Source: Candidatus Calescibacterium sp. (GTDB lineage: Bacteria; Calescibacteriota; Calescibacteriia; Calescibacteriales; Calescibacteriaceae). Taken from it: a stretch of 64,000 nt of DNA. Numbering within the stretch: the first letter of the stretch is position 1; every line of letters starts with the position of its first letter. The stretch lies in contig JAVVGL010000005.1 in the NCBI GenBank assembly GCA_032249135.1, positions 40,995-104,994 of the forward strand. The letters are read 5' to 3'. Both the position numbers and the translations under genes were made by a program. Of this stretch, positions 50,751-61,024 are shown piece after piece. The notes under the pieces were generated by a model, which saw only the letters and a list, made by a program, of their open reading frames with translations, ran no database searches and had not been told where the DNA came from.

Positions 50751-51218
50751 ATGCGCGGTTCAATTAAGCGGGTGGTTATAGAAGGAATTTTATATGGTAT
50801 CTTATTCTCTTTTGTGTTATTTGGAATAATCTGGCTTGCGAAAGACAAAGATATAAATTTTGTCTCACACGAAACCCATCTTAAAGTAATAAACCTGATC
50901 TCTGAAAAGCTTGGAAAAATGGGAGAAATTTCAAGGAGATCGGTGGCTCAATATGAAAACTTATCGTTTACTTTGGTTAGTATTGGAAAGTCGGAGGAAC
51001 CTCATATTCATCAAAAAAGTGACATTATTGTCATACTTCTTGAAGGAGAAGGAGAAATAAATATAGAAGGTGAGAAAAAATATGTTGAGAGAGGAGACAT
51101 AATTTTTATCCCAAAAAATAAGGTGCATTTTTTTGTAAATAAAGGTGTAGATCCAGCGTTAGCTCTTGTAATATCTTTCCCACCTTTGCAAAAAGATGAT
51201 TATATACCAGTAAAATAG
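50751..51218 (+). CDS. Cupin domain protein with N-terminal TM
   Basis: PHIHQKSD..LEGEG..GDIIFIPKNKVHFFVN. Confidence 0.82.
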   Translation: MRGSIKRVVIEGILYGILFSFVLFGIIWLAKDKDINFVSHETHLKVINLISEKLGKMGEISRRSVAQYENLSFTLVSIGKSEEPHIHQKSDIIVILLEGEGEINIEGEKKYVERGDIIFIPKNKVHFFVNKGVDPALALVISFPPLQKDDYIPVK

Positions 51219-51224
51219 TTTGGT

Positions 51225-52835
51225 GTGTTATTTGAAAAAGTGTTAAGGCTGAACAGAAAAAATATTCTTTTGATCTCAACATCTCTTTTGGTTGGACTTA
51301 TGTATTTTCTTTCACAGCCAAGATATAATATTTACGTTTTTGCTTTCCTCTTTTATTTGCCAGCTCATATATTTTGGAGAGTTCATAAATCTATATCTCC
51401 TTTCTTTTGGGGAGGATTTTTCTCTTTTTCTATCACAATTCACTGGATAACCCATGCAATAACTTATTATGGAGGGTTCCCCTATATTTTCGCAATATTG
51501 CCTTTGACTTTACTTTCTTTAACTTTGGCTGGGTTTTTTCTGCTTTTTGCCTACATAAGAGAAAAAACTGAAAAACTCGGATTACCTTTCTCTTTTTCTG
51601 ATCCAGTAATATGGGTTGCGATGGAATTTATAAAATCTTGGTTCCTTACAGGTTTCCCGTGGGCTCTTGTTGGATACTCACTTTGGAAAAAAACAACCTT
51701 TATTCAAATTGCTGATATCGGAGGAGTATATGCTGTCTCTTTCTTCGTTATAACAATTCAAGGATTTTTATGCGATATAATTGATGTTATTTTGCTGAAA
51801 GAAAAAGAAGAAAAAAAGAAAATTTTAAAAAGGCTTATTTTCAGTTCCTCTTTTGCTCTTTTTGTTTTTGCTTTCGCATTAATTTATGGTGTGAAACGAA
51901 AAGATGAAATAAAAAAATATGTTGATGGAGTAAAAGAAGAAATTCCAGCTGTAATAGTTCAGCCGTCAATACCGCAGGATGTAAAATGGACTCCTGATTT
52001 CAAAATCTATTCCCTTGAACAGAATATAAATTTATCTTTTTCGGCAATTGATTTCCCTTATAGTGAAGTTATTTTGGTCTGGCCCGAGACTGCTTTTACT
52101 TTTTTCTTTGAGCGTGAGACTGAACTCCAAAGTAAAGTTTTAGAACTTTCAAAAAAAGGTTTTTTTATTGTGGCAGGTGGAATAGGAATTTCAGAGCAGA
52201 TTAAAAATGGAAGAATAAATTTGACATACCATAACAGAGCTTATCTTGTTGAGCCTGACGGAAAATATTCTAGTTATGATAAAACTCATCTTGTGATATT
52301 TGGTGAATATATACCTCTGAGATCATTTTTGGAAAAAATACCTTTTATAAAGAATCTGATTGATAGGGTAGAGAAGGTTGCAGGAGATTTTGAACCGGGA
52401 AAAGAGGTGAGGGCTGTTGGAGAGAAAATAAGATTAGGTATCCCTATTTGCTTTGAATCAATTTTCCCATCAATAGTCCGCAAAATGGTTCAAGACGGAG
52501 CAAAAATAATAGCCGTTATAACTAATGATGGCTGGTTTGGTTATTCTTCGGGACCTTATCAACATTTTTCTGTTTCTGCCTTGCGCGCTGTGGAAACGAG
52601 AAGATTTGTTCTGCGCAGTGCTAATACAGGAATTTCTGGTGCTTTTTCTCCTACTGGTGATTTAATTTTTCAAACAAAGCTTTTGGAGAAAACTTCTTTT
52701 TTGGTCAAAGTAAAACCTCTTGATATAAAAACATTTTATGTAAAATATGGAGATGTTTTCTCAATAGCTTGCCTTATTATAACTTCCTTTTTTGTTATAA
52801 CACATTTTTATCTTTCAAAGAGGAAAAGTAGATAA
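51225..52835 (+). CDS. lnt: Apolipoprotein N-acyltransferase
   Basis: GFPWALVGYS, VWPET (Glu), YDKTHLVIFGEYIP (Lys), PICFES (Cys), TNDGWFG, RSANTGIS. Confidence 0.95.
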   Translation: MLFEKVLRLNRKNILLISTSLLVGLMYFLSQPRYNIYVFAFLFYLPAHIFWRVHKSISPFFWGGFFSFSITIHWITHAITYYGGFPYIFAILPLTLLSLTLAGFFLLFAYIREKTEKLGLPFSFSDPVIWVAMEFIKSWFLTGFPWALVGYSLWKKTTFIQIADIGGVYAVSFFVITIQGFLCDIIDVILLKEKEEKKKILKRLIFSSSFALFVFAFALIYGVKRKDEIKKYVDGVKEEIPAVIVQPSIPQDVKWTPDFKIYSLEQNINLSFSAIDFPYSEVILVWPETAFTFFFERETELQSKVLELSKKGFFIVAGGIGISEQIKNGRINLTYHNRAYLVEPDGKYSSYDKTHLVIFGEYIPLRSFLEKIPFIKNLIDRVEKVAGDFEPGKEVRAVGEKIRLGIPICFESIFPSIVRKMVQDGAKIIAVITNDGWFGYSSGPYQHFSVSALRAVETRRFVLRSANTGISGAFSPTGDLIFQTKLLEKTSFLVKVKPLDIKTFYVKYGDVFSIACLIITSFFVITHFYLSKRKSR

Positions 52836-52908
52836 AGTAAGGAGGAGTGTACGAAGATAAGACTGTGAAGATAAAATAAAATAAAATGAGAAAGTAAGAC
52901 AAATAATA

Positions 52909-53382
52909 TTATGAAAGTAACGATCTTAGCATCCATGCAGTTTTTTCGTGTTTTACCATAAGTTCAGTCAAAAAATCAGCTGTTCCTAAATCCTTGAATT
53001 TATCTCCGACATTCACAATATCTTCTCTGATGTTTCTTATTATTGTTTCATAATCTGAAAGTAAGTTCTCAATCATTTTTTTGGGTTCTGGGAATTCTCC
53101 TGGGTGTTCCTTTATTCTTGTTATTTTTAAGAATTCTGTTAATGTTGCTGTGGTCTTACCACCAAGAGCCCTAATTCTTTCTGCTATTTCGTCAATATAT
53201 TCGTTTAGCTCTTCATAAAGAGATTCAAAAAATTTGTGAAGATCATTAAACTGCGGACCAACAACATTCCAGTGATAGTTTCTGACTTTTGTGTAAAGAA
53301 CATATTCATCAGCAAGTAGAACTGTCAGAATTTTTATTACTTCCTCTCTGTTCTTATCGTCTATACCTATGTTTGGTTTCAT
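52909..53382 (-). CDS. dps: DNA protection during starvation protein
   Basis: LADEYVLYTKVRNYHWNVVGPQFNDLHKFFE, DEIAERIRALG, HEKTAWML. Confidence 0.96.
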   Translation of the reverse strand: MKPNIGIDDKNREEVIKILTVLLADEYVLYTKVRNYHWNVVGPQFNDLHKFFESLYEELNEYIDEIAERIRALGGKTTATLTEFLKITRIKEHPGEFPEPKKMIENLLSDYETIIRNIREDIVNVGDKFKDLGTADFLTELMVKHEKTAWMLRSLLS

Positions 53383-53487
53383 AATAGATTTTACCTCCTT
53401 TCTCCTTTGAAATTAGGTTGTTTTACATTATTTATTTTGTTTCCAGCTTATTTTCAATTTACTTGATTACTTGATAAATTTTTTGTT

Positions 53488-54291
53488 TTATTCTTTTGTT
53501 GTTATTACGAAGACAGCGCGTCTGTTTAATCTCCATTTTGATTCATCGTTGCACTGTGGAGGAGGGCAGGGGGCTTCTGGAAATTCCTCTCCAAATGAAA
53601 CTGTTTGTATTCTATCTTCTGGTATGCCGAGCATTATAAGATATCTTTTTACAGCGTTGGCTCTTTTCCATCCCAGTTCTAAATTATATTCGTTTGTTCC
53701 TCTTTCATCACAGTGACCTTCTATCAAAATTGCTGCTTCTGGGTTTTCATCTAATATAGGCTTTATAATGTTGAAATTCTCTTTTATAGCTTCCTTAGCA
53801 TCTTCTCTGAGAGCATATGAATCAAAGTCAAAATATACTTTTTTCAGACCTTTCAATAAATAACCTCTTCCCAGAGTAGAAAGTCCTGCAATGTCTTCTT
53901 CTTTTACTCCTTTTAGACGTGGCAGATTTGGTCTGCGGAATTCTGGTTCTTCCTCCACAATTTCAACTTTTTCTTCTTGTTTTTCTGGCATCGGTCTTCG
54001 CGATAATTCCTCCCATTTTTTGATTGCGGCTTCTGCGAACTCTTTTGAGACTATTGCTTTTACTCTTGCGTCATCGTACTTTTTAGCTTGAACAAGTGTT
54101 AGAGCATCATTATAGTATTTTTCAGCTATTTTGTATTCTTCAACCTGATCTGCGCCTATTTTTTTTGCTCTTTCTAATGCCTCTTTGGCTGCATCTAATT
54201 CTGCCTGCGGAATTTTCTTTGCACAACTGAAAAAAACCGAGATGCCAACCCCCAAAATAAAAGGAATCAAAAATAATTTCACAATTTTCAT
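53488..54291 (-). CDS. pal: Peptidoglycan-associated lipoprotein (Pal/OmpA-C) with an extra N-terminal helical domain
   Basis: Lipobox FFSC; VYFDFDS, IEGHCDERGTNEYNLELGWKRA, SFGEE, NRRA; downstream of tolB. Confidence 0.85.
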   Translation of the reverse strand: MKIVKLFLIPFILGVGISVFFSCAKKIPQAELDAAKEALERAKKIGADQVEEYKIAEKYYNDALTLVQAKKYDDARVKAIVSKEFAEAAIKKWEELSRRPMPEKQEEKVEIVEEEPEFRRPNLPRLKGVKEEDIAGLSTLGRGYLLKGLKKVYFDFDSYALREDAKEAIKENFNIIKPILDENPEAAILIEGHCDERGTNEYNLELGWKRANAVKRYLIMLGIPEDRIQTVSFGEEFPEAPCPPPQCNDESKWRLNRRAVFVITTKE

Positions 54292-54403
54292 ACTTTGCTA
54301 TATTTTACAAAAATGGAAGGTAGAATTCAGATTTTCTGTTTTCTTTTTCTGCGCTTTTACTCTGATCTTTATGTTGATTGAATTGTTTTCTGCTGCTTAA
54401 TCT

Positions 54404-55552
54404 TTACCTTATGAACCCTACAATTTCATCTTTTTTTGTATCTAAAATTTTTCTTCTGAATGATCCGAATTTATCTGTTATGTAGAGGTCGTAGTCCCCG
54501 TCTGCGTTTGAGGAGAATATGATGAAATTCCCATCAGGAGTCCATGTTGGATTTTCCGATGAACCAAAATCTATAATTTTCTTTTCTTGACCGGTTTCAA
54601 AGTTGTAAATGTATATGTTGAATTTATTCCCTTCAAGTTTTGTGAAGACCATATCTTTCCCGTCCGGAGATATATCAGGAGATGAGTTGTATCTGCCTGA
54701 AAGAGGTATTTTCCTTTCTTCACCTGTTCCAATATCTTTTATGAATATTTGGGGTAACCCTTCTCTTCCTGAAACAAAGATGATTTTTTTACCATCTGGT
54801 GTTGTTTTCCCGAGCACATCAGAGTTTCCTGATGATATTTTTTGGAATTTTTTGAGGTTTAGGTTAAGAACATATAAATTAGAACCTCCTTCTCCGCTAT
54901 TCCATGGAACTATTAGTATGCTTTCATTTACAAATGTTGGAAATAGAAAATTTCCTGTTTTTAGGGTTGTTGAGTAAATTTTTCTGGAAGCAGCATCAAG
55001 AATATATAAAGAATAATTTTTTCCATCGTAGTGTGTGAAAGCTATTTTTGAGCCATCGTCTGATACCGAAAAAGAAGGTATAAATGACTTTGCTGAAACT
55101 AATTTTTCAATTTTGCCTGAAATAAAATTTACAGAGAAAATTTCTTTTTTACCTTCTAAGTTTGAAAGGAAGTAAAGAGTTCTTCCAAATATATCTGTTT
55201 TTACTCCTGCTATTTTTGATATAAGATGGTTTGAGAGTTCATTTGCTACTTTTTCTTTGTCTTTGCCGCGAGCTTTCAGAATCAAAAAGGGAGACTTTTC
55301 CTCATTCATAGTTGCCTGTAAAATGAATTCATCATCGGAAGAAGTTCTTATTGATATTTTTACATCGGGTTTATCTGACAGTTCTACATAACCTATTATT
55401 GATAAGTTTTTCTTTATTATCTCTTCAATTTTTTTATCTTCGCTTTCAACAGAAATTTTCACCGGTTTATAATCCGGAGATGTTATATCTATTATTATTT
55501 TCCCTGTTTCTGCAGAAATGATAAAAAGCGCTGCTCCAAGCCACATCATCAT
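54404..55552 (-). CDS. tolB: TolB-like protein (PD40 beta-propeller)
   Basis: IIDIT N-domain; TPDGKKIIFVSGREGLPQIF, SPDISPDGK, ENPTWTPDG; adjacent to pal. Confidence 0.8.
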   Translation of the reverse strand: MMMWLGAALFIISAETGKIIIDITSPDYKPVKISVESEDKKIEEIIKKNLSIIGYVELSDKPDVKISIRTSSDDEFILQATMNEEKSPFLILKARGKDKEKVANELSNHLISKIAGVKTDIFGRTLYFLSNLEGKKEIFSVNFISGKIEKLVSAKSFIPSFSVSDDGSKIAFTHYDGKNYSLYILDAASRKIYSTTLKTGNFLFPTFVNESILIVPWNSGEGGSNLYVLNLNLKKFQKISSGNSDVLGKTTPDGKKIIFVSGREGLPQIFIKDIGTGEERKIPLSGRYNSSPDISPDGKDMVFTKLEGNKFNIYIYNFETGQEKKIIDFGSSENPTWTPDGNFIIFSSNADGDYDLYITDKFGSFRRKILDTKKDEIVGFIR

Positions 55553-55607
55553 AGCAATAATTTTAAGATTTAAATTTGTTTTTTTCTTAAATTTGGAAGA
55601 TTTTTGA

Positions 55608-56729
55608 TTAAGAGATCGGAACTTTTTTGAAAATTGTAAAGCAGCCTGTGTATGTAAGTAGTGTTGGAAATTTAGTCGTGGTTATTTCTCCGTTTCCGAA
55701 GAATCCAGAGATTGGGAACTTTGCTTTCTTTTTGATTATAGATATATCAAAATTTTTCTTTTTAAATAATCTTTTCCCTCTTGCTACGCAGTTGAAAAAC
55801 AAACCAAAATCTCCATCCTGTGGTATAGATAAGAACTCCGTTTTAGAACTTTCTTCCGCAAACTCTTTTGACATTACTCCGAACTTTATAACTTTACCTT
55901 TTTCTATTTCTCCACCTATATATATTGCTCCGTCTTTTGAGTCTAAAATGGGATAGAACCTTATAAGTTCGTTCTCTTCATCCACTAAAACTCCGACAAA
56001 CCAAGGTAAAGATACATAATCAGGGTTTTCCATCGTACCCTCAACTAATATTTCATCTAAAACTTCCACTGCGCTCTCACCGTTTATCTCTTCAATTATA
56101 TTTTTGTAAGACGATGTGACTATGAGAGGTTCTCCTATTGGTTTACAGCTTTTCGCTATTCTTGTTGTGATTTCAACTCCTTCAATGAAAATTCCAGATA
56201 GTACATAGCTTCCTATTGAACCATTTTCAAATGAAAAAATTGGTGTTCCGGGGGGAGAGCTCGCAACTCCGCCTACAACTTTGATTTTCTCCGTTGTCTC
56301 TCTTATACCATCTAACACCTCTTGTATGTTGTAAAATGGTGTCGCGAATAGAATTAAAGTTGATGGTATTTCTGTATCAAACCTTTCTCCTATTTTTCTA
56401 CCTATTTCCCTTTCGTATTTCCATGGTACGGAAACAGAAAACGTTTCACAATAGAGGTATCTTTTATCTATCAAGAGTAAAGAGATTCCCGATTTTTCTC
56501 CTTCAAATTCTTCTTCTTGTGTTATTACTCCTTCGGCAGAGATTCCAACATTATCTATTCCATCAAAATAGCTTAAAATTTTCTGAATATCATATTTTGG
56601 ATTGAGGAAAATTATGCAGGCGATATCTTTCTTTTGCGGCGAATCTAATTTTTCAAGAGCCATATATAGGGCTTCTTTACAAGCCTTTTCCTCTTCGGTA
56701 GCTTGGGAGAATCCGGTTGAGGAGAGCAA
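55608..56729 (-). CDS. FIST domain protein (NosP-like)
   Basis: GISAEGVI, VVGGVAS, CKPIGEPLIVT, EINGESA, FNCVARG, GFFGNGEI; TTG start. Confidence 0.85.
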   Translation of the reverse strand: MLSSTGFSQATEEEKACKEALYMALEKLDSPQKKDIACIIFLNPKYDIQKILSYFDGIDNVGISAEGVITQEEEFEGEKSGISLLLIDKRYLYCETFSVSVPWKYEREIGRKIGERFDTEIPSTLILFATPFYNIQEVLDGIRETTEKIKVVGGVASSPPGTPIFSFENGSIGSYVLSGIFIEGVEITTRIAKSCKPIGEPLIVTSSYKNIIEEINGESAVEVLDEILVEGTMENPDYVSLPWFVGVLVDEENELIRFYPILDSKDGAIYIGGEIEKGKVIKFGVMSKEFAEESSKTEFLSIPQDGDFGLFFNCVARGKRLFKKKNFDISIIKKKAKFPISGFFGNGEITTTKFPTLLTYTGCFTIFKKVPIS

Positions 56730-56739
56730 TATAGGAAAG

Positions 56740-56828
56740 TGGGTAGGGCGGGACTTGAACCCGCACGGGGGTTTTTACGCCCCCAGTGGATTTTAAGTCC
56801 ACTGCGTCTACCATTCCGCCACCTACCC
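56740..56828 (-). tRNA. tRNA-Leu(TAA), CCA not encoded
   Basis: Acceptor GGGTAGG/CCTACCC, anticodon arm GTGGA-CTTAAAA-TCCAC, long variable arm, GCGGG-TTCAAGT-CCCGC; discriminator A followed by CTT. Confidence 0.95.
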
Positions 56829-56929
56829 TTATTGATATTATTTTAATCTCATATTGCAAAATTTCCTTTTTTTCTTTTTTGTTTTTGATTTTTTTCCTCG
56901 CTTCTTTTTGCTATGTCTTGAAAAAGCTT

Positions 56930-58009
56930 TTAGCTAATTATTACTTTATTTCCACCTTGTTTTTTAGCTTCATAAAGGTTTTTATCTGCTATTTTTATTG
57001 ATTTACCTAAATTTTTAACTTTTTTTGTTGCTCCTATACTTGCTGTCAGTTTTATTTTTTCTTTCTTCACTATTATTTTTGTTTTTCCTATCTCATCAAT
57101 TATTCTGTGTAGAGTAGGTACGAAATTTTTATCATCAAAGAACAAGATAAGGAACTCATCTCCGCCGTATCTTATGATTTCAGCTTTGGTATTTTGTGAT
57201 ACTACTTTTGAAATTATTTTGCTTACTTTCCCTATTACTTTATCTCCTATAAGGTGTCCGTATCTATCGTTGATTTGTTTCAGGTTGTCTAAATCTATAA
57301 TTGCTAACCCTTTTATATTTAGACTATTGATTTTTTTTCTATTTATTAAAAGTTGTAAGCAATTCCTTGTTTTGAAGTGAGTTATTGGATCTACTTTCAG
57401 TTTTTCCACTTCGTTCCTGTGACCTTGTATTATACATTTTATAAGAAAATTTTTTATTTCATCCGATAAGGCTTTGTACAAACTTTCAGCTTCTTCTGGG
57501 GCTTTTGAAGATATTGCTTCTTGAATCATTCTTGCAATTTCATAAATTCTTTTTGTTGAACCAAACTCAAAAGATTTTTCTTTTCTTGTTATTTCTTTTT
57601 CTCCTTCGTGTATATTGCTTTGTAATTTTTCTGATTTATTATTTATTTTTGCTTGCTCTTTTTCCTTTCCTTTTATTTCCCCAAATAATTTTTCAAGAAG
57701 ATTGTGTATATCGTATATTTCAATTCTTGAATTTTTGGGAATGAATTTAAAGAATTCTTGTTTTTCTATTAGCTCAAAAATTTTTAGATCTCTTTTAATC
57801 AGTTCTTCTATTTTGTTTTTCCGGTTTTTATAATTTTCTCTTGGTTGGTTCTTTTGTAGATTTTTTATCTTATCGTAGATTGAATTAAACTCACTGACTA
57901 TTTCGTTTATATAATCCTTCAATATTATTTTGTATTTGTTTATTTGTTTAGAAAGTTCTTCTTTTGTTTCGTTAAGAGAACTTTTTAATGTTTCAAGATT
58001 TAATGGCAT
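56930..58009 (-). CDS. Diguanylate cyclase (GGDEF) with coiled-coil N-terminus
   Basis: DPITH, IDLDNLKQINDRYGHLIGD, RYGGDEF, TASIG, ADKNLYEAKKQG. Confidence 0.92.
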   Translation of the reverse strand: MPLNLETLKSSLNETKEELSKQINKYKIILKDYINEIVSEFNSIYDKIKNLQKNQPRENYKNRKNKIEELIKRDLKIFELIEKQEFFKFIPKNSRIEIYDIHNLLEKLFGEIKGKEKEQAKINNKSEKLQSNIHEGEKEITRKEKSFEFGSTKRIYEIARMIQEAISSKAPEEAESLYKALSDEIKNFLIKCIIQGHRNEVEKLKVDPITHFKTRNCLQLLINRKKINSLNIKGLAIIDLDNLKQINDRYGHLIGDKVIGKVSKIISKVVSQNTKAEIIRYGGDEFLILFFDDKNFVPTLHRIIDEIGKTKIIVKKEKIKLTASIGATKKVKNLGKSIKIADKNLYEAKKQGGNKVIIS

Positions 58010-58230
58010 ATTCGTTTTTATTTTTCAAATTATATATAAAAGTATATGAATCATAGCTTTTGTTTTTAGTTTTTCAAAATGCTTGTACGGTAAAGATAAA
58101 AGATTTGTTTCCCGATAGCCTTAAATATCTGCTCTGATGATATTTTTATATAAAACTACGGAGCTAACTTGAATAAGTAAAAAACTTTTTCCAAAAACAA
58201 AAAAAACATCACAGAGATAATTTTTTTAGT

Positions 58231-59805
58231 ATGATGAGAACAGAAATAACCGAAAGACCTCAATTACTGAGGAGCATAAATCCGGCAACAGGAGAGCTCA
58301 TAGGAGAGTTTGAGAATTCATCAGAAGAAAAAGTGATTGAGGCTGTAAAAAGAGCCCGTCAAGCCCAGAAGGACTGGGGAAATCTCAAAATAAAAGAGAG
58401 GGCTGAATGGATACTAAAGCTCAAAGAAAAAATAAGAAAAAACATAGAGGATATATCAGATGAAATAGCAAAAGAGAAGGGGGTTTCAAGATTTGAAGCG
58501 CTGATTTCAGATGTATTCCCCATTTTAGACCTTGCGGACTTTTACGCAAAAAACACCGAAAAAATTCTCAAAAAAGAAAAAATAAACATAGGGATATGGG
58601 GATTTTTGGGGAGAGAAAGCTACATAGAATATTTTCCTTATGGAGTAATAGGAATAATTTCGCCTTGGAACTTTCCATTTTCAATACCTATGGGACAAAT
58701 AATAATAGCTCTTATGGCTGGAAACACCTGCGTTCTCAAACCTTCTGAATTCACTCCAAAAACAGGAGTTATCATAAAGGAACTTTTCAAGGAAACAGGT
58801 TTCCCAGATGGAGTTGTTGAAGTTGTAACAGGAGATGGTCTAACAGGAGCATATCTTGTAAAAGCAGGGGTAGATAAAATCTTCTTTACCGGTTCAACTT
58901 ACACAGGAAAACTTATAATGAAGTCAGCAGCGGAAAATCTTATTCCTTGTGTTATGGAGCTTGGTGGGAAAGACCCTATGATTGTATTTGATGATGTTGA
59001 TATTGATATTACAGCTAATGCAGCAGTTTTTGGAGCATTCTTCAATACAGGTCAGGTCTGTGCTTCGGTAGAAAGATTATATGTTCACAAAAATATATAC
59101 GAGGAATTCACTCAAGCCGTAATAGAGAAAACTAAAAAGTTAAGAGTTGGACCGTCTCAGTTGCCATATGATAAAGATATTGGAGCTGTTATTTCAGAAA
59201 AGCAACTTATGAAAATAAAAGAACATATTGATGATGCAAGAAAAAGAGGAGCAAAAATCATAGGAGGAGAAATAAAAGATCTTTTTGTTTATCCCACAAT
59301 ATTTTTAGATGTTGATCATTCATTCAAAATCGTAAAAGAAGAAACTTTCGGTCCTGTTTTACCAATAATTCCTTTTGAGACAGAAGAAGAGGCTATAAAT
59401 TTGGCAAATGATTCAGAATATGGTTTAACCGCATCAATATGGACCAAAGATATTAAAAGAGCAGAAAGGGTTGCACAAAAGCTCCAATATGCAACAGTTA
59501 TGATAAACGATAACCTTATCACGCACGCTATACCGCAAACTCCTTGGGGAGGAGTGAAAAAATCAGGGATAGGTAGAACTCACGGAAAAGAAGGATTATT
59601 AGAGATGGTTCAGATAAGACATGTTCATAAAAATAAATTTGGGCAAAAAATTCCATCACCTTGGTGGTATCCTTTCACAAAAGAAAAATATGAGTTTGCT
59701 CTATCTCTCACAAACCTTCTTCATTCACGAGATATAAAAGAAAAAATCAAGGGACTTTTTGGTGTTCTGAAAAACATAAATAAAGTTTCAAAGCAGAAAC
59801 TTTGA
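58231..59805 (+). CDS. Aldehyde dehydrogenase
   Basis: ISPWNFP, LKPSE, FTGS, MELGGKDP, GQVC, EETFGP, PWGGVKKSGIGR. Confidence 0.95.
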   Translation: MMRTEITERPQLLRSINPATGELIGEFENSSEEKVIEAVKRARQAQKDWGNLKIKERAEWILKLKEKIRKNIEDISDEIAKEKGVSRFEALISDVFPILDLADFYAKNTEKILKKEKINIGIWGFLGRESYIEYFPYGVIGIISPWNFPFSIPMGQIIIALMAGNTCVLKPSEFTPKTGVIIKELFKETGFPDGVVEVVTGDGLTGAYLVKAGVDKIFFTGSTYTGKLIMKSAAENLIPCVMELGGKDPMIVFDDVDIDITANAAVFGAFFNTGQVCASVERLYVHKNIYEEFTQAVIEKTKKLRVGPSQLPYDKDIGAVISEKQLMKIKEHIDDARKRGAKIIGGEIKDLFVYPTIFLDVDHSFKIVKEETFGPVLPIIPFETEEEAINLANDSEYGLTASIWTKDIKRAERVAQKLQYATVMINDNLITHAIPQTPWGGVKKSGIGRTHGKEGLLEMVQIRHVHKNKFGQKIPSPWWYPFTKEKYEFALSLTNLLHSRDIKEKIKGLFGVLKNINKVSKQKL

Positions 59806-59978
59806 AAGCAAAAATAAATAAAAGCTGCGAAAAACTTAATCTTTGTATGAAATAGCAATCTTAATTTGTGAAAAGTATAAAGATAGAAAAGTTTGAAATA
59901 AAAATAGGGAAGAAAAAAGAAAGAAGAGAAATTTTTACAAGTAAAAAAGAGAATGAAAAAAATAACAAAGTATCGGGT

Positions 59979-61001
59979 ATGAATGAGGTGATAAAAAGTA
60001 ATATTCCAAGATGGGATGGAAGAAAAAAAGGGCATTATGAAGTTTGGTATGTGACGGGAAATTCTGGGGATTATGGTTTTTGGATAAGGTACACCCTGAA
60101 TGTTGCGGAAGAAGGACATAATAGTTGGAGCGGTGTTTGGTGCGCAATATTTAAAAAAGGAGAAAAACCACTTGGGATATGCAGAAAATTTCCTCTTTCA
60201 GATTTTCATTTTGAAAACAAAAATTTCCTTATAAAAATAGGAGATACGAACGAGCTTGGGGAAAGAAAATTGAAAGGCAAAATAAATGTGAAAAATATTT
60301 CAGCGGAATGGGAAATAGAATTTGAACCAACGGGATATGTCTACAAACACTTACCAGAAGCAGCTTACTATCTACCACTTGAAACGGAGGTCCTTTCTCC
60401 TAATCCTGATCTCAAACTCAAAGGATACATAAAAATAAAAGATTTAGAGAGTCAATCACAAATACATGATATAAAAGTTGATGGTAGAGGTTATCAGGCT
60501 CATGTATGGGGTAAAAAACATGCGCTCAGATGGGTATGGGGACATTGCAACTCAATAGTGGACGAGAATGGGAACTTGTTAGAAGACTCATTTTTTGAAG
60601 GAATAACTGTTATTGCAAAAAGAGGTCCAATTCATCTTCCACCAATTACCCTTTTCTCATTAAGATACAAAGGTGAAAACTTTGAATTCAACAATTTCAG
60701 AGACATTCTTTTCAATTCAGCAAAATGGGAATATGGAGACAATATAACATGGGAGATCAGGTCAAGAAAAATGAATTTTTCTCTTAAAATGAAAGGTGAT
60801 AAGAATAATTTCATTATGGCTACATATGACGATCCAGACGGAGAAAAAGCTTTTTGTCACAATAGCGAAATTGAATCTGCTGAAATAGAATTTGAGATGA
60901 AAGGAAAAAAATTTAAGCTTTTCTGTCCCGGAACATTTCATACAGAGTTCGGAGCAAGAGCTCCTCTTGAATATTCTCCTCAAAAATTTTTATATGAGTG
61001 A
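59979..61001 (+). CDS. Tocopherol-cyclase-like / AttH-like beta-barrel protein
   Basis: GHYEVWY, FWIRYT, GYQAHVWGKKHALRWVWGHCN, YDDPDG..CHNS. Start ATG 59979. Confidence 0.6.
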   Translation: MNEVIKSNIPRWDGRKKGHYEVWYVTGNSGDYGFWIRYTLNVAEEGHNSWSGVWCAIFKKGEKPLGICRKFPLSDFHFENKNFLIKIGDTNELGERKLKGKINVKNISAEWEIEFEPTGYVYKHLPEAAYYLPLETEVLSPNPDLKLKGYIKIKDLESQSQIHDIKVDGRGYQAHVWGKKHALRWVWGHCNSIVDENGNLLEDSFFEGITVIAKRGPIHLPPITLFSLRYKGENFEFNNFRDILFNSAKWEYGDNITWEIRSRKMNFSLKMKGDKNNFIMATYDDPDGEKAFCHNSEIESAEIEFEMKGKKFKLFCPGTFHTEFGARAPLEYSPQKFLYE

Positions 61002-61024
61002 TTATTATGATGGCGAAATCAAAA

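Noticed and set aside
56602-57001. Short ORFs around 56.6-57.0 kb
   Set aside because: They overlap tRNA-Leu(TAA) and neighbouring genes and are spurious.
58140-58175. AAAACTACGGAGCTAA resembling part of a c-di-GMP-I riboswitch near the GGDEF gene
   Set aside because: No GNRA-capped stem or flanking pairing was found.
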